A stretch of 64,000 nt of DNA from an uncultured bacterium. Lineage in GTDB: Bacteria > Krumholzibacteriota > Krumholzibacteriia > Krumholzibacteriales > Krumholzibacteriaceae. Below, piece after piece: positions 19,897 through 29,461 of this stretch (positions within the stretch are counted from its first letter, which is position 1; every line of letters begins with the position of its first letter). A model generated the notes under the pieces. That model worked only from the letters and a program-made list of their open reading frames with translations. It ran no database searches and had not been told where the DNA came from. The stretch is taken from NCBI GenBank assembly GCA_963813815.1, contig CAWFAD010000008.1, forward strand, positions 175,208 through 239,207, read 5' to 3'. The position numbers and the translations under genes are program-made.

Positions 19897-21327
19897 CTAG
19901 TGCAGCTTGTACGTCACCGGAATAATAACCTCGATCGTATCGGCCTTTCCGACCGACGCGTCGACGTTGAAAGTCCATGTCCCGGCCGCTTCGAGCGCGT
20001 TCTTTTCGAACTGGGCCTGGAGCTTCTTCATCGTATCCCGATCGACCGCGGCGCCCTCCGGCGGCGTCAGGGTCAGGGAGTCGACGGATGCCGCGACGAC
20101 TATCCCCCCGCCTTCCGCTCCGGCGATCTTGAGACGCAGGTGCACCTCGGAGCTTACCCCCAGCTTCCTCGCCTCTTCAGGATACCTGGGCTGCGTCATG
20201 CGGGCGATCTCGACTTTCGCCGTGATCGTCCCTTTGTCTCCCGTAACCGTCACGGTCGCGGACGATTCCTTGGCGGTCTTCTGCGCGGCCCCCTTTTCCC
20301 GGTCCGGCGTCGCCTTCATGGGCAGGGGGTAGAAAGTCGCTGCGGCGACGACGAGAGCCGCGGCGGCGACGAGAGCTCGATGCTCGAAACGCATTGCGTA
20401 CCTCCTTCTGTTCAATTCCGGTAAACGTTCCAGGCGGCGCCGCAAGAGAGAGGTCCCGCTCGCCGCCGCGAGGGCATACGCCGGCGAGGCGAGCCCGAGC
20501 GAGAGCGTGCGCGCGAGAGCGCGCGCGTAGGTGAGCGCGGGCACGCCGGCCTGAACGACGTTTTCGTCGCACGCGTACTCGGCGGTGGAACGAAGCCGCC
20601 GCAGCACGAGATAGAGCGGGGGATAGAAGAAAAAGAGCGCGAGGCCGAGGCGCTGCAGGGCGGCGCGCAGCGGATCGCGGCGCCTGCGGTGCGCGTCCTC
20701 GTGGAGAACGATCGCGCGAAGCTCGTCGTCATTGAGCTCGCGGACGAGACGCCCCGGCACGAGAATCATCGGCCGAATGAGCCCCACGACGGTGGGCATG
20801 ACGCCCCGGTCGCAGAGGATCACCCGATCGAGCGGGACGCCCGAGCCGTCGAGAATCGACCTGAGCCCGCCGGAAACGCTCCCGTCGAGCGCCGCGAAGG
20901 GAGTCCCCCCGTGCCGCCCCGCCCGGACCGTGTCGACGACGAGACGGCCGAGAAGGTAGAGGGCCGAAGACGCCCAGCACGCGGTCGCGGCGACGAGCGC
21001 CGAGGAGAGCATGGACCCTGGAGCCCGCGCGGCGGGGCTTCCGATCGGATCGAGGATCGCCGCCACGGCGGGAAGCAGCTGGGGCGCCTCTCCCCGCCCC
21101 CATGCCGGCGCGCCGCCGAAAACCGCCCGGAAGAGCAGATTCGCCGCGCCCCCGAAGAGAGAGAGCGGGAGGAAAATTTTGACGAGCGCCGCGCTCCAGA
21201 GGGCGTGGCTCGCCCGCGAGGGGGCGCCGCGAAGCAGCGCCTGGATGGCGAGAACGAGGCCGATGACGATCGTCGTCTGCCAGAGGTGCCCGGCCATCCC
21301 GTGCCAGAAGCCGTAGAGCGCCGTCAT
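19897..21327 (-). CDS. BlaR1/MecR1-like M56 peptidase with C-terminal TonB_C-like domain
   Basis: MPTVVGLIRPMILVP, IVLHEDAHRRRRD, EYACDE; QPRYPEEARKLGVSSEV...AAGTWTF...IIPVTYKLH. Confidence 0.88.
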   Translation of the reverse strand: MTALYGFWHGMAGHLWQTTIVIGLVLAIQALLRGAPSRASHALWSAALVKIFLPLSLFGGAANLLFRAVFGGAPAWGRGEAPQLLPAVAAILDPIGSPAARAPGSMLSSALVAATACWASSALYLLGRLVVDTVRAGRHGGTPFAALDGSVSGGLRSILDGSGVPLDRVILCDRGVMPTVVGLIRPMILVPGRLVRELNDDELRAIVLHEDAHRRRRDPLRAALQRLGLALFFFYPPLYLVLRRLRSTAEYACDENVVQAGVPALTYARALARTLSLGLASPAYALAAASGTSLLRRRLERLPELNRRRYAMRFEHRALVAAAALVVAAATFYPLPMKATPDREKGAAQKTAKESSATVTVTGDKGTITAKVEIARMTQPRYPEEARKLGVSSEVHLRLKIAGAEGGGIVVAASVDSLTLTPPEGAAVDRDTMKKLQAQFEKNALEAAGTWTFNVDASVGKADTIEVIIPVTYKLH

Positions 21328-21731
21328 GAGCCTTTCCTCCCCTCCCCGTCCCGGGCTGCCTTCGGCCTCGCCGCGAGCTCCTCCTCGATCCCGCGCAGAT
21401 CGTCGAGGGTGAGCGCCTTCATGTCGGCGAGGTGCGAGACGAGCTCCGGCGCGCCGCCGTCGAAAAGGCTGTCGAGCAGCCGCCGAACCTCCTTGCGAAC
21501 GATCTCGGCCGCCGAAACCTCCGGCCGGTACACCCACGCCTTGCCGTCGCGACGGACGCGCGTCACGGCGCCTTTCTCCTCGAGGCGCTCGAAGATCTTG
21601 CGCACGGTCGAGTAGCTCGGCGCCTTCGGGAGGTCGCCGTGGACCTCGCGAACAGTCGCTTCCTTGCGGCTCCAGAGCTTCCTCAGGCACTGGAGCTCGA
21701 ACCGCGAGAGATCCGGGAGCTTTCGTTTCAT
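21324..21731 (-). CDS. BlaI/MecI/CopY family repressor
   Basis: LSRFELQCLRKLW...ATVREVH...YSTVRKIFERLEEKG...LFDGG; ATGA overlap with M56. Confidence 0.92.
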   Translation of the reverse strand: MKRKLPDLSRFELQCLRKLWSRKEATVREVHGDLPKAPSYSTVRKIFERLEEKGAVTRVRRDGKAWVYRPEVSAAEIVRKEVRRLLDSLFDGGAPELVSHLADMKALTLDDLRGIEEELAARPKAARDGEGRKGS

Positions 21732-21749
21732 GGCTCCTCCGTTCATGAC

Positions 21750-21797
21750 TGCTACGTCTGTCGCACTAAATATGCGACGCTTGTCGCACGTTGTCAA
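21750..21797 (-). promoter_or_regulatory. Promoter with two tandem palindromic operators (BlaI-type autoregulation)
   Basis: TGCTAC-N4-GTCGCA (21750-21765) and TGCGAC-N4-GTCGCA (21773-21788); minus-strand TTGACA at 21792-21797 with CATATT 17 nt on. Confidence 0.7.
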
Positions 21798-21949
21798 GGC
21801 TGAAAAACCGCCTCGCCCCGCGCCATCCCCGCGGCGGCCTTTTTTATTGCGCCATATCGAAATTCATGAGACAATCGGCCCGCTCTTTTTCCCCAAGTCC
21901 GGCATGACCGATAAGTCTCTCCCGCGCCTTTAACGGAAGAGGTGAAGGT

Positions 21950-23101
21950 ATGGTGAAACGAGTCGCAATCGTCGGCATCGGGACCACGGGATTCCGTCCC
22001 ATCACCCCCGATGTCTCCTACCGGGAGCTCATATTCGAGGCGGCCCGGAAGGCCTACACCGACGCCGGGATCGAGCCGAGCGAGATCGGCGGATTCATCA
22101 CGGCGGCGGAGGATTTTCTCGAGGGGTACAGCATCTGCGACGAGTACTGCCCCGACCAGATCGGGGCCGTCCTCAAGCCCACCCAGACGATCCCGGGCGA
22201 CTTTCTCCACGCCCTCGCGACGGGGTACATGATGATCATGACCGGCGCCTTCAAGACCGTGGCGATCGAGGCCCACAGCAAGGCCTCGAACGTGAAGACG
22301 CTCGACGAAATGATGGGATTCGCGCTCGACCCGGTCTACAACCGGCCCCTCCGCGAGACGGCGCACGCGATCGCCGGCCTCGAGATGACGCGATACATGT
22401 TCGAGACCTGCACCACCTCGGAGCAGTGCGCGAAGGTGGTCGTCAAGAACCGCGGCAACGCGATGCGCAACCCGTACGCCGCCTTCGCGGCCGAGCTCAC
22501 CGAGCGCGACGTGCTCGGGAGCGAGCCGGTGTCGCTCCCGCTCCATCGCCTCGACATAGCGCCGCACGCGGACGGCGCCGTCGTCGCCGTCCTCGCGGAC
22601 GACCAAACGGCGCAGGCTCTCGGCGGAACGCCGATCTGGATCGACGGCATCGGATGGTGCACCGACACCCCGACCCTCGAGATGCGCGACTGGGGCGAGG
22701 CCGCCTACGCCCGCATCGCGGCCGAGATGGCCTACAAGATGGCGGGCATCGCGAACCCGCGCGGCCTCATCGACCTCGCGGAGATCTGCGACGAATACTC
22801 GTACAAGGAACTCCAGCACATGGAGGCCCTCAAGTTCTGCAGCCGCGGCGAGGCCGCCGAGATGCTCGAGAGCGGCGCCACCTCGGTGCAGGGGGAGCTC
22901 CCCGTCAACATATCCGGCGGCGCGCTCGGCGTGGGGCACCTCTTCGAGGCGTCCGGCGCCCACAAGATCCTCGAGCTCGTCGAGCAGCTCCGGGGCGAGG
23001 CGGGCGCCCGTCAGATCCCCGACGTGAACATCGGGCTCGCGCAGATCTGGCGCGGCGTTCCGACCGCCACGGGAGCGGTCGCCATTCTTTCGAACATGTA
23101 G
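21950..23101 (+). CDS. Thiolase-fold protein (SCP2/archaeal-type), no nucleophilic Cys
   Basis: RVAIVGIG, VVVKNRGNAMRNPYA, DGAVVAVL, VNISGGALGVGH. Confidence 0.85.
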   Translation: MVKRVAIVGIGTTGFRPITPDVSYRELIFEAARKAYTDAGIEPSEIGGFITAAEDFLEGYSICDEYCPDQIGAVLKPTQTIPGDFLHALATGYMMIMTGAFKTVAIEAHSKASNVKTLDEMMGFALDPVYNRPLRETAHAIAGLEMTRYMFETCTTSEQCAKVVVKNRGNAMRNPYAAFAAELTERDVLGSEPVSLPLHRLDIAPHADGAVVAVLADDQTAQALGGTPIWIDGIGWCTDTPTLEMRDWGEAAYARIAAEMAYKMAGIANPRGLIDLAEICDEYSYKELQHMEALKFCSRGEAAEMLESGATSVQGELPVNISGGALGVGHLFEASGAHKILELVEQLRGEAGARQIPDVNIGLAQIWRGVPTATGAVAILSNM

Positions 23102-23114
23102 GAGGTCTTCCGCA

Positions 23115-24278
23115 ATGGGAATGAGGAAAGTAGCGATCGTCGGAGCCGGCATCACGAAGTTCGTGCGCCGCGCGCAGGAGACGGGAAAGGAGCTCTCGTA
23201 CCAGGCCTCCAAGATGGCGCTCGACTCCTGCGGCCTCACGCTCGATGACGTCGAGGCGGTCACCCTCGGCACGGCGCCCGACGCCTTCGACGGCGTCCAC
23301 ATGAAAGGCGAATACCTCGCCGACGGCGCGGGCGGGCTCCGCAAGCCCTACATGCGCCACTACGTCGGCGGCGGCACGGGGGTCTTCAGCCCCATCCACG
23401 GATGGTTCCACGTGGCGAGCGGGATGGCGGACATCGTGCTGGTCGTGGCGGAGGAGAAGATGTCGTCCTGCCATCCGCACCCGCAGGGCGCCTTTCTCAC
23501 GATCTTCGACCACACCACCGAGCAGCCCCTGAAGCCCACGCTCATCTGGATCTTCGCCCTCGAAATGAACCGGTACATGAGCACGTACGGCATCTCGAAG
23601 GCCGACATCGCCCGCGTATCGGTCAAGAACAAGGGAAACGCCCTCGACCACCCCTCGGCGCAGGTCGCCGAGAAGATCACGGTCGAGGACGTGCTCGCGA
23701 GCGAAACCCTCTGCTGGCCCGTCAACCGGCTCGACATCAGCCCGGCATCGGACGGCGCGGCGGCCGTGGTGCTCGCGAGCGAGCGCGTCGCGCGCCGGCT
23801 CACCGACAAGCCGGTCTGGATCGACGGCGTCGGGTTCTCCATCGACACGGCGTACTGGGCCACCCGCGATCTCAGCTACCCGCGCTACGTCGAGACGGCG
23901 GCGCGGATGGCGTACGACATGGCGGGGATCAAGGAGCCGTCGAAGGAGATCCACATCGCCGAGCCGTACGACCCGTTCGACTACAAGGAGCTCCACCACA
24001 TGGAGGGGCTCATGCTCTGCCCGCGCGGCGAGGCGGCGCGCCTCACCGCCGAGGGGTACACGGCCCGCGACGGCAACATGCCGATCTGCCCGTCGGGCGG
24101 CGCGCTCGGCGTCGGCAACCCGATCGCGGCCACGGGCCTCATGAAGATCATCGAGATCTTCCTCCAGCTCCGCGGCGAGGCGGGCAAGCGCCAGGTGCCC
24201 GGCAACCCGCGCTGCGGGCTCGCGCAGGCGTGGGGCGATCTCATGCAAATGGGAACCGTCGTCGTGATGAGAATATGA
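23115..24278 (+). CDS. Thiolase-fold protein (SCP2/archaeal-type), no nucleophilic Cys
   Basis: KVAIVGAGITKF, EKMS, VSVKNKGNALDHP, SDGAAAVVL, AEPYDPF, PSGGALGVGNPIAATG. Confidence 0.87.
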   Translation: MGMRKVAIVGAGITKFVRRAQETGKELSYQASKMALDSCGLTLDDVEAVTLGTAPDAFDGVHMKGEYLADGAGGLRKPYMRHYVGGGTGVFSPIHGWFHVASGMADIVLVVAEEKMSSCHPHPQGAFLTIFDHTTEQPLKPTLIWIFALEMNRYMSTYGISKADIARVSVKNKGNALDHPSAQVAEKITVEDVLASETLCWPVNRLDISPASDGAAAVVLASERVARRLTDKPVWIDGVGFSIDTAYWATRDLSYPRYVETAARMAYDMAGIKEPSKEIHIAEPYDPFDYKELHHMEGLMLCPRGEAARLTAEGYTARDGNMPICPSGGALGVGNPIAATGLMKIIEIFLQLRGEAGKRQVPGNPRCGLAQAWGDLMQMGTVVVMRI

Positions 24279-24297
24279 GGCAAAGGAGACACGCGCT

Positions 24298-24834
24298 ATG
24301 AAGCTCGAAGATTACGAACTCGGCGGCACGCACCTCAGCACCTCTGATTTCGAGAAGGGGAAGGTGCTCACGACCGCCTGGCAACCGAACCTCGCCTACG
24401 CATGGGACAACGGCGCCGCTATAGGCCGCTATCTCGCCGAGCTCAAGGAAGGGCGCATCATCGCCCGCGTCTGCCACAAGTGCTCCCGCATCATGCTCCC
24501 GCCGCGGATGTTCTGCGAGCTCTGCTTCAAGCCGACCGACGAGTGGATGTACGTAAAGGACACGGGCACGATCGAAACCTTCAGCATCGCCCACGTCAAC
24601 TGGGACGCCTCGCGGCGAGGCCCCAAGGAGCCCCCGCTCCTGCCGGCCGTGATCCGGATCGACGGCGCCTCGGAGGGCATGGGCATCCTACACATGCTCG
24701 GCGAGGTCGATCCGAAGGCCATCAAGGTCGGCATGCGGGTCGTCGCCGTCTGGAAGAAGCCCGGCGAGCGCACCGGGGCCATCACCGACATTCTCTATTT
24801 CAAGCCGAAGAAGCCGGCCCGCGCGAAGCGCTAG
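24298..24834 (+). CDS. DUF35 Zn-ribbon/OB-fold protein
   Basis: CHKC...PPRMFCELC, TGTIETFS, IKVGMRVVAVW. Confidence 0.9.
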   Translation: MKLEDYELGGTHLSTSDFEKGKVLTTAWQPNLAYAWDNGAAIGRYLAELKEGRIIARVCHKCSRIMLPPRMFCELCFKPTDEWMYVKDTGTIETFSIAHVNWDASRRGPKEPPLLPAVIRIDGASEGMGILHMLGEVDPKAIKVGMRVVAVWKKPGERTGAITDILYFKPKKPARAKR

Positions 24835-24854
24835 CCCGGCGGAGGTGAATTGAT

Positions 24855-25337
24855 ATGGCGTTCACGGAAAAGATATCGAAGACGACGACGCCGACCTTCT
24901 GGGAAGGCGAGATTCCGGTCAACTACATCTACACCTTCGGCCTCGCGGGCGAGGTGTTCTTCCGGGCGCTCAAGGACAAGGGGACGTTTCTCGCCACGCG
25001 GTGCGAAGCGTGCGACGTCACCTTCGTCCCGCCCAAGATCTACTGCGACCGCTGCTTCGAGAAGCTCGACCGCTACATCGACGTCGGCACCACGGGGCAC
25101 GTCGAGACTTTCACGGTGAGCTTCAAGAACATGGACGGCTCCGAGAAGAAGCGCCCGCGCATCCTCGCCATGATCCGGATCGACGGCACCGACGGCGGGA
25201 TCATCCACTATCTCGAGGGGATTCCCTTCGACGAGATCGCTCTCGGCATGCCGGTGCGGGCGATACTGAAACCGAAGGCGGAGCGCCGGGGTGGGATGGA
25301 GGACATCGTCGGGTTCGGCCTCGTGAAGGAGAAGTAG
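24855..25337 (+). CDS. DUF35 Zn-ribbon/OB-fold protein
   Basis: CEAC...PPKIYCDRC, GHVETFT, IALGMPVRA. Confidence 0.9.
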   Translation: MAFTEKISKTTTPTFWEGEIPVNYIYTFGLAGEVFFRALKDKGTFLATRCEACDVTFVPPKIYCDRCFEKLDRYIDVGTTGHVETFTVSFKNMDGSEKKRPRILAMIRIDGTDGGIIHYLEGIPFDEIALGMPVRAILKPKAERRGGMEDIVGFGLVKEK

Positions 25338-25354
25338 CGCGCCGCGAAGAGGGC

Positions 25355-25393
25355 AAAATAAAAGGATGGGCCTCCACCGTGAGCCCATCCTTT
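25355..25393. terminator. Intrinsic terminator, probably bidirectional, stronger on the minus strand
   Basis: Stem AAAGGATGGGC / GCCCATCCTTT; minus-strand tail TTTTATTTT, plus-strand tail TTTCTCTT. Confidence 0.8.
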
Positions 25394-25548
25394 CTCTTGA
25401 GTCCCGAAGGCCTAGCTCTGCTGCGACCTTACCTCTACCGCCTTCGGCCTCCCTGCGCTACGCGAGCCTTCCTGACGATGGGGGTCCCCGAACCCTATCC
25501 GAACCTATAACCGCGGGCTCTGAACAGGCACACAAGTAGCGCGGTCAA
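25355..25548 (-). ncRNA. Candidate structured small RNA (unassigned family)
   Basis: No long ORF; several stems; terminator at the 3' end; sigma54-like site at 25560-25574. Confidence 0.4.
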
Positions 25549-25799
25549 ACCTCTAATCATCATAATTCGTGCCAGATTTGCCGGTTGCGTCTCCGGCGAA
25601 AACACGCCCGTTTCCAGGCGCTGCCGAGGCTCGACCGCCCGAGCCATAACCATTTACAAATACAACTGTTAAATATGACGCCTATCGCCGCGCGCCGCTC
25701 CGTCCGCGCCCTCTCCCATGCGTCCTCATCGGAAAGACGCCATTCGGGCTCTCAATAAAATTATTTTACAAATGGCGGGGTAGCGTAAAAAATGTTTCC

Positions 25800-27209
25800 T
25801 CAGATGTAGACGAGGTGGACGGTGTTCGTTTGGCTCTTTTCTTTCAAGGGGATACCGGCCGTGAGGACGACGCGCCCCACAATTCCCGCGGCGCGGAGCT
25901 TTTCCCTGACGGCCGGGATGAGCTCGTCCGTACGCTCGAGCCGGGCGACGGGCACGGCGAGCGTCCCCCAGAGAAGCCCCGCCTGCCGGATCACGGCCGG
26001 ATTGTCCGTGAGGGAAACGACCGGCGCCGGATAGCGGTGCCGCGCGACGAAGCGGGAGGTTCTCCCCGTGTGCGTGAGGCACGCTATCGCGTGCGCCCGC
26101 ATCGATCGGGCCATATCGACCGCGCCCGCGCTCGCCATTTCGGCGAGACGCTCGGGGCTCCGGGCGCTCCCCGGCGCGAAGGAGCGCGGACGGCACTCCG
26201 CGCCGGAATCGCGCGCGTACTGCTCCGCCCGCTCGATGATGCGCGCCATCATCGCGGCGCTCTGCACGGGATACTGTCCGGTCGCCGTCTCGGCCGAGAG
26301 CATGAGGGCGTCGGCCCCGTCGAGAACCGCGTTCGCCACGTCGCTCGCCTCCGCGCGCGTCGGGCGCTCCGAGGAGGACATCGATTCGAGCATCTGAGTG
26401 GCGACGATGACGGGCTTCGCGCTCTCGCGGGCGAGCGCGATGATCGTCTTCTGGCGCGCGGGCACGTCCTCGGGCGGAATCTCGACGCCGAGATCGCCTC
26501 TCGCCACCATGATCGCGTCCGCCGCCTCCACGATCCCTTCGAGGCCGTCGAGGGCCTCGCGTTTCTCGATCTTGGCGACGACGAGGGCCGAGGAGCCCCG
26601 CGACCGGATGATTTTCCGGGCGCGCGTCACGTCCGCGGCGCTCCGCACGAACGAGAGGGCCACGGCGTCCACGCCGAGCGAGAGGCCGAACTCGAGATCG
26701 CGGCGGTCCTTGTCCGTGAGCCCGGCGGCGAGCCGGGCCCCGGGGAGGTTCAGCCCCTTGCGCGAGGTGACGATCCCGCCGTCGACCACGCGGCAGCGGA
26801 CCTCTCCGCGCCCGGCCGACTCGACCACGAGATGAATCGTGCCGTCCGAGAGGTAGATGTCGTCCCCCGCGCGCGCCTCCCGGGGGAGGCGCGGGTAGCT
26901 CACGTGGGCGCCCCGCTCGTCGCCCAGGATCTCGCGCGTCGTGAGGGTGAAGATCTCCCCCTCGCGGAGCCGCGCCTTTCCGCCCCGCAGCTCCCCGATG
27001 CGGATCTTGGGCCCCGAAAGGTCCTGCATGATCGTGAGCGAGGGGGAAAGGCGGCGGAGCGCCGCGTACACGGCCCGGTGCTCCTCGTGCGTGCCGTGGG
27101 AGAAGTTGAGCCGCGCGACGTCCATGCCGGCCCCGACGAGCGCCGAGAGCGACGCGCGGCTCCGGCACGCGGGACCGATCGTACAGACGATTTTCGCGAA
27201 TCGATTCAT
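25800..27209 (-). CDS. pyk: Pyruvate kinase
   Basis: AKIVCTIGPA, ARLNFSHG, DLSGPKIR, AKIEK, IMVARGDLGVE, ATQMLESM, PTRAEASDVANA. Confidence 0.96.
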   Translation of the reverse strand: MNRFAKIVCTIGPACRSRASLSALVGAGMDVARLNFSHGTHEEHRAVYAALRRLSPSLTIMQDLSGPKIRIGELRGGKARLREGEIFTLTTREILGDERGAHVSYPRLPREARAGDDIYLSDGTIHLVVESAGRGEVRCRVVDGGIVTSRKGLNLPGARLAAGLTDKDRRDLEFGLSLGVDAVALSFVRSAADVTRARKIIRSRGSSALVVAKIEKREALDGLEGIVEAADAIMVARGDLGVEIPPEDVPARQKTIIALARESAKPVIVATQMLESMSSSERPTRAEASDVANAVLDGADALMLSAETATGQYPVQSAAMMARIIERAEQYARDSGAECRPRSFAPGSARSPERLAEMASAGAVDMARSMRAHAIACLTHTGRTSRFVARHRYPAPVVSLTDNPAVIRQAGLLWGTLAVPVARLERTDELIPAVREKLRAAGIVGRVVLTAGIPLKEKSQTNTVHLVYI

Positions 27210-27329
27210 ATCGGGCCTCCCAGGGCGCCGCGGCGCGGCGTCCGGCGCATTGTACGGCGCTTTCGCCTTGCATTCAAGCGCCCGTTGTGTTACAAATTGC
27301 CGGTCCCGCGCCCGGAACGGGAACCAATC

Positions 27330-28445
27330 ATGAAACGAAGAGTGCTGCACGTTATCTATTCGCTCTATCGGGGCGGCGCCGAGCGCGTCATCGAGACGCA
27401 GATCCTCGGGACCGATCGCAGCCGGTACGAGATCCTCGTCTGCTCGATCACGGGCGGAGGCGACCTCATCGACCGCATGGCGAACGCCGGCGCGCGCGTC
27501 TTCCTCCTCGGCAAGCGGCGCCGCGGCGATTTCACCACGATCACCAAGCTCGCCAACCTCATCAACGTGGAGCGGGTGGATATTCTCCACCTCCACAACT
27601 CCCCGGGCATGTTCTGGGGGACGCTGGCGAGATCGTTCTCCGGGCGGAGGGTGCCGATCGTCCGCACCGAGCACAATCCGTATCTGCCGGCGGTCATGCC
27701 GCCCCTTTTCCGGATGCTCTACCCGCGGCTCACGAAACGCGCCCGGCGCGTCATCTGCGTGTCGGAGGTCGTGCGGCGCTCGTTCGCCGAGGCCTTTCCC
27801 GGGCTCGCCGACCGGTTCGTCGAGCTCCCGAACGGCATTCGCATGCAGGATTACGAAAAGCTGCCCCCGCGCCACGAGTGCCGCGCCCAGTTTCATCTCG
27901 CGCCGGGGGAGCGCCTCATCGGCACGGTCGGGCGCATGTCCCCGGTGAAGAATCACAAGCTCCTCATCGAGGCCTTCGCGCGGGTCCGCGAGAAGGTGCC
28001 CGACGTGAACCTCGCGATCATCGGCGAGGGGGAGCTCCGGTCGAAGCTCGCCGACTACGCCGCCGATCTCGGCGTGAGCGAGTACGTCTCGCTCGTCAAG
28101 GAAACGAAACAGATCGATCACTTCTACGGCGCCATCGACGTCTTCGTTCTCTCGTCCGACTCGGAGGGAATGCCGCTCACGCTCCTCGAGGCGCTCGCCT
28201 CGGGCGTGCCCGTCGTCGCGACGGAGGTCGGCGGCATCCCCGAGGTCGTCGAGAGCGGCAAGACGGGATATCTCGTGCCGAAGGGCTCGGCGGAGTTTCT
28301 CGCGAAGAGGATCGTCGAGATCCTGCAGGAGCCGGCGAAGGCGCAGGCGATGGCGATCGCCGGGCGCGCGATGGTGCGCGAGAGATTCCCGGCCGAGAAG
28401 ATGGTGGCCGGCGTCGAAAAAATATACGACGAGGCGCTCGCCTGA
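27330..28445 (+). CDS. GT4 (GT-B fold) glycosyltransferase
   Basis: GGAERV, RTEH, PNGI, VGRMSPVKNH, EGMPLTLLEA. Confidence 0.92.
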   Translation: MKRRVLHVIYSLYRGGAERVIETQILGTDRSRYEILVCSITGGGDLIDRMANAGARVFLLGKRRRGDFTTITKLANLINVERVDILHLHNSPGMFWGTLARSFSGRRVPIVRTEHNPYLPAVMPPLFRMLYPRLTKRARRVICVSEVVRRSFAEAFPGLADRFVELPNGIRMQDYEKLPPRHECRAQFHLAPGERLIGTVGRMSPVKNHKLLIEAFARVREKVPDVNLAIIGEGELRSKLADYAADLGVSEYVSLVKETKQIDHFYGAIDVFVLSSDSEGMPLTLLEALASGVPVVATEVGGIPEVVESGKTGYLVPKGSAEFLAKRIVEILQEPAKAQAMAIAGRAMVRERFPAEKMVAGVEKIYDEALA

Positions 28446-28446
28446 C

Positions 28447-29454
28447 ATGATCAAGAGAAGGCTCGGCAAAACGGACATGACCGTCTCGGGCGTGGGCTTC
28501 GGGGGAATCCCGATACAGGGGGTTTCCTTCGACGAGGCCCGCCTCATATTGAAAAAGGCCGTGGACGAGGGGATCGACTTCTTCGACAGCGCCCGCGCCT
28601 ACACGGACAGCGAGGAAAAGATCGGGCGCGCCCTCGAGGACGTGAGATCGAGGATCCGCCTCTCGACGAAATCCCTCGCCCGCACCGCTTCTGGCATCGC
28701 CGAAGACATCGAAACGAGCCTCCGCGGCTTCCGCACCGATCACATCGATCTCTACCAGCTCCACTCGATCGGCACCGCGGCCGATTTCGACAAGGTCTTC
28801 GCGCCCGGCGGGGCCTACGAAGCGCTCGTCGAGGCGCGCAAGGCGGGCAAGATCCGCTGGATCGGCGTCACGGGGCACTCCCGCGAGGTCATGCTGCGGG
28901 CGATCGAATCGGGGCTCTTCGACACGGCGCAGTTTCCCTTCAACCCGATCGAGGACGAATGGTCCGAGGCCGTCATCCCCGCGGCGCGCCGCGCGGGCGT
29001 CGGCACGATCTGCATGAAACCGCTCGCCGGGGGAGCCATCCGGAGCCGACGGGCCGCGCTGCGCTACGAGCTCACGCGCGGCATGGACGTCGTGATTCCG
29101 GGCATGGATTCGATCGAGCAGGTCGAGGAGAACGCCGCCGCGGGCCGCAAGCTCGAGCCACCGGACGAGGGGGAGCTCGTCGATCTTCACGCGGAGAAGG
29201 TTCGCTGGGGGGAGAAGTTCTGCCGCCGCTGCGGCTACTGCCAGCCGTGCCCGAACGGGCTCAATATCCCGTTCCTCTTTCTCATCGACGGGTACTACTC
29301 GCGCTACGAGCTGCGCGACTGGGCGCTCGCCCGGCTCTCCGCGCTCGAGAAGAAGTTCGGCGACTGCGCGGCCTGCGGAGAGTGCCTCGCGAAGTGCCCC
29401 TACGGGCTTCCGATCCCCGACATGATGAAGGACGCCTCGGGGCGCGTCGTCTAG
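28447..29454 (+). CDS. Aldo/keto reductase with C-terminal 4Fe-4S dicluster
   Basis: RRLGKT..VSGVGFGGIPI, DSARAY, IDLYQLH; CRRCGYCQPCP and CAACGECLAKCP. Confidence 0.9.
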   Translation: MIKRRLGKTDMTVSGVGFGGIPIQGVSFDEARLILKKAVDEGIDFFDSARAYTDSEEKIGRALEDVRSRIRLSTKSLARTASGIAEDIETSLRGFRTDHIDLYQLHSIGTAADFDKVFAPGGAYEALVEARKAGKIRWIGVTGHSREVMLRAIESGLFDTAQFPFNPIEDEWSEAVIPAARRAGVGTICMKPLAGGAIRSRRAALRYELTRGMDVVIPGMDSIEQVEENAAAGRKLEPPDEGELVDLHAEKVRWGEKFCRRCGYCQPCPNGLNIPFLFLIDGYYSRYELRDWALARLSALEKKFGDCAACGECLAKCPYGLPIPDMMKDASGRVV

Positions 29455-29461
29455 GGCCCCT

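Noticed and set aside
25495..25563. 22-codon minus-strand ORF (MMIRGLTALLVCLFRARGYRFG)
   Set aside because: No RBS, and its start lies within the putative promoter
25800..28547. 915-aa minus-strand and 876-aa plus-strand ORFs suggesting pyk or glycosyltransferase fusions
   Set aside because: Two divergent genes (pyk from 27209, GT4 from 27330); the extensions are each other's antisense
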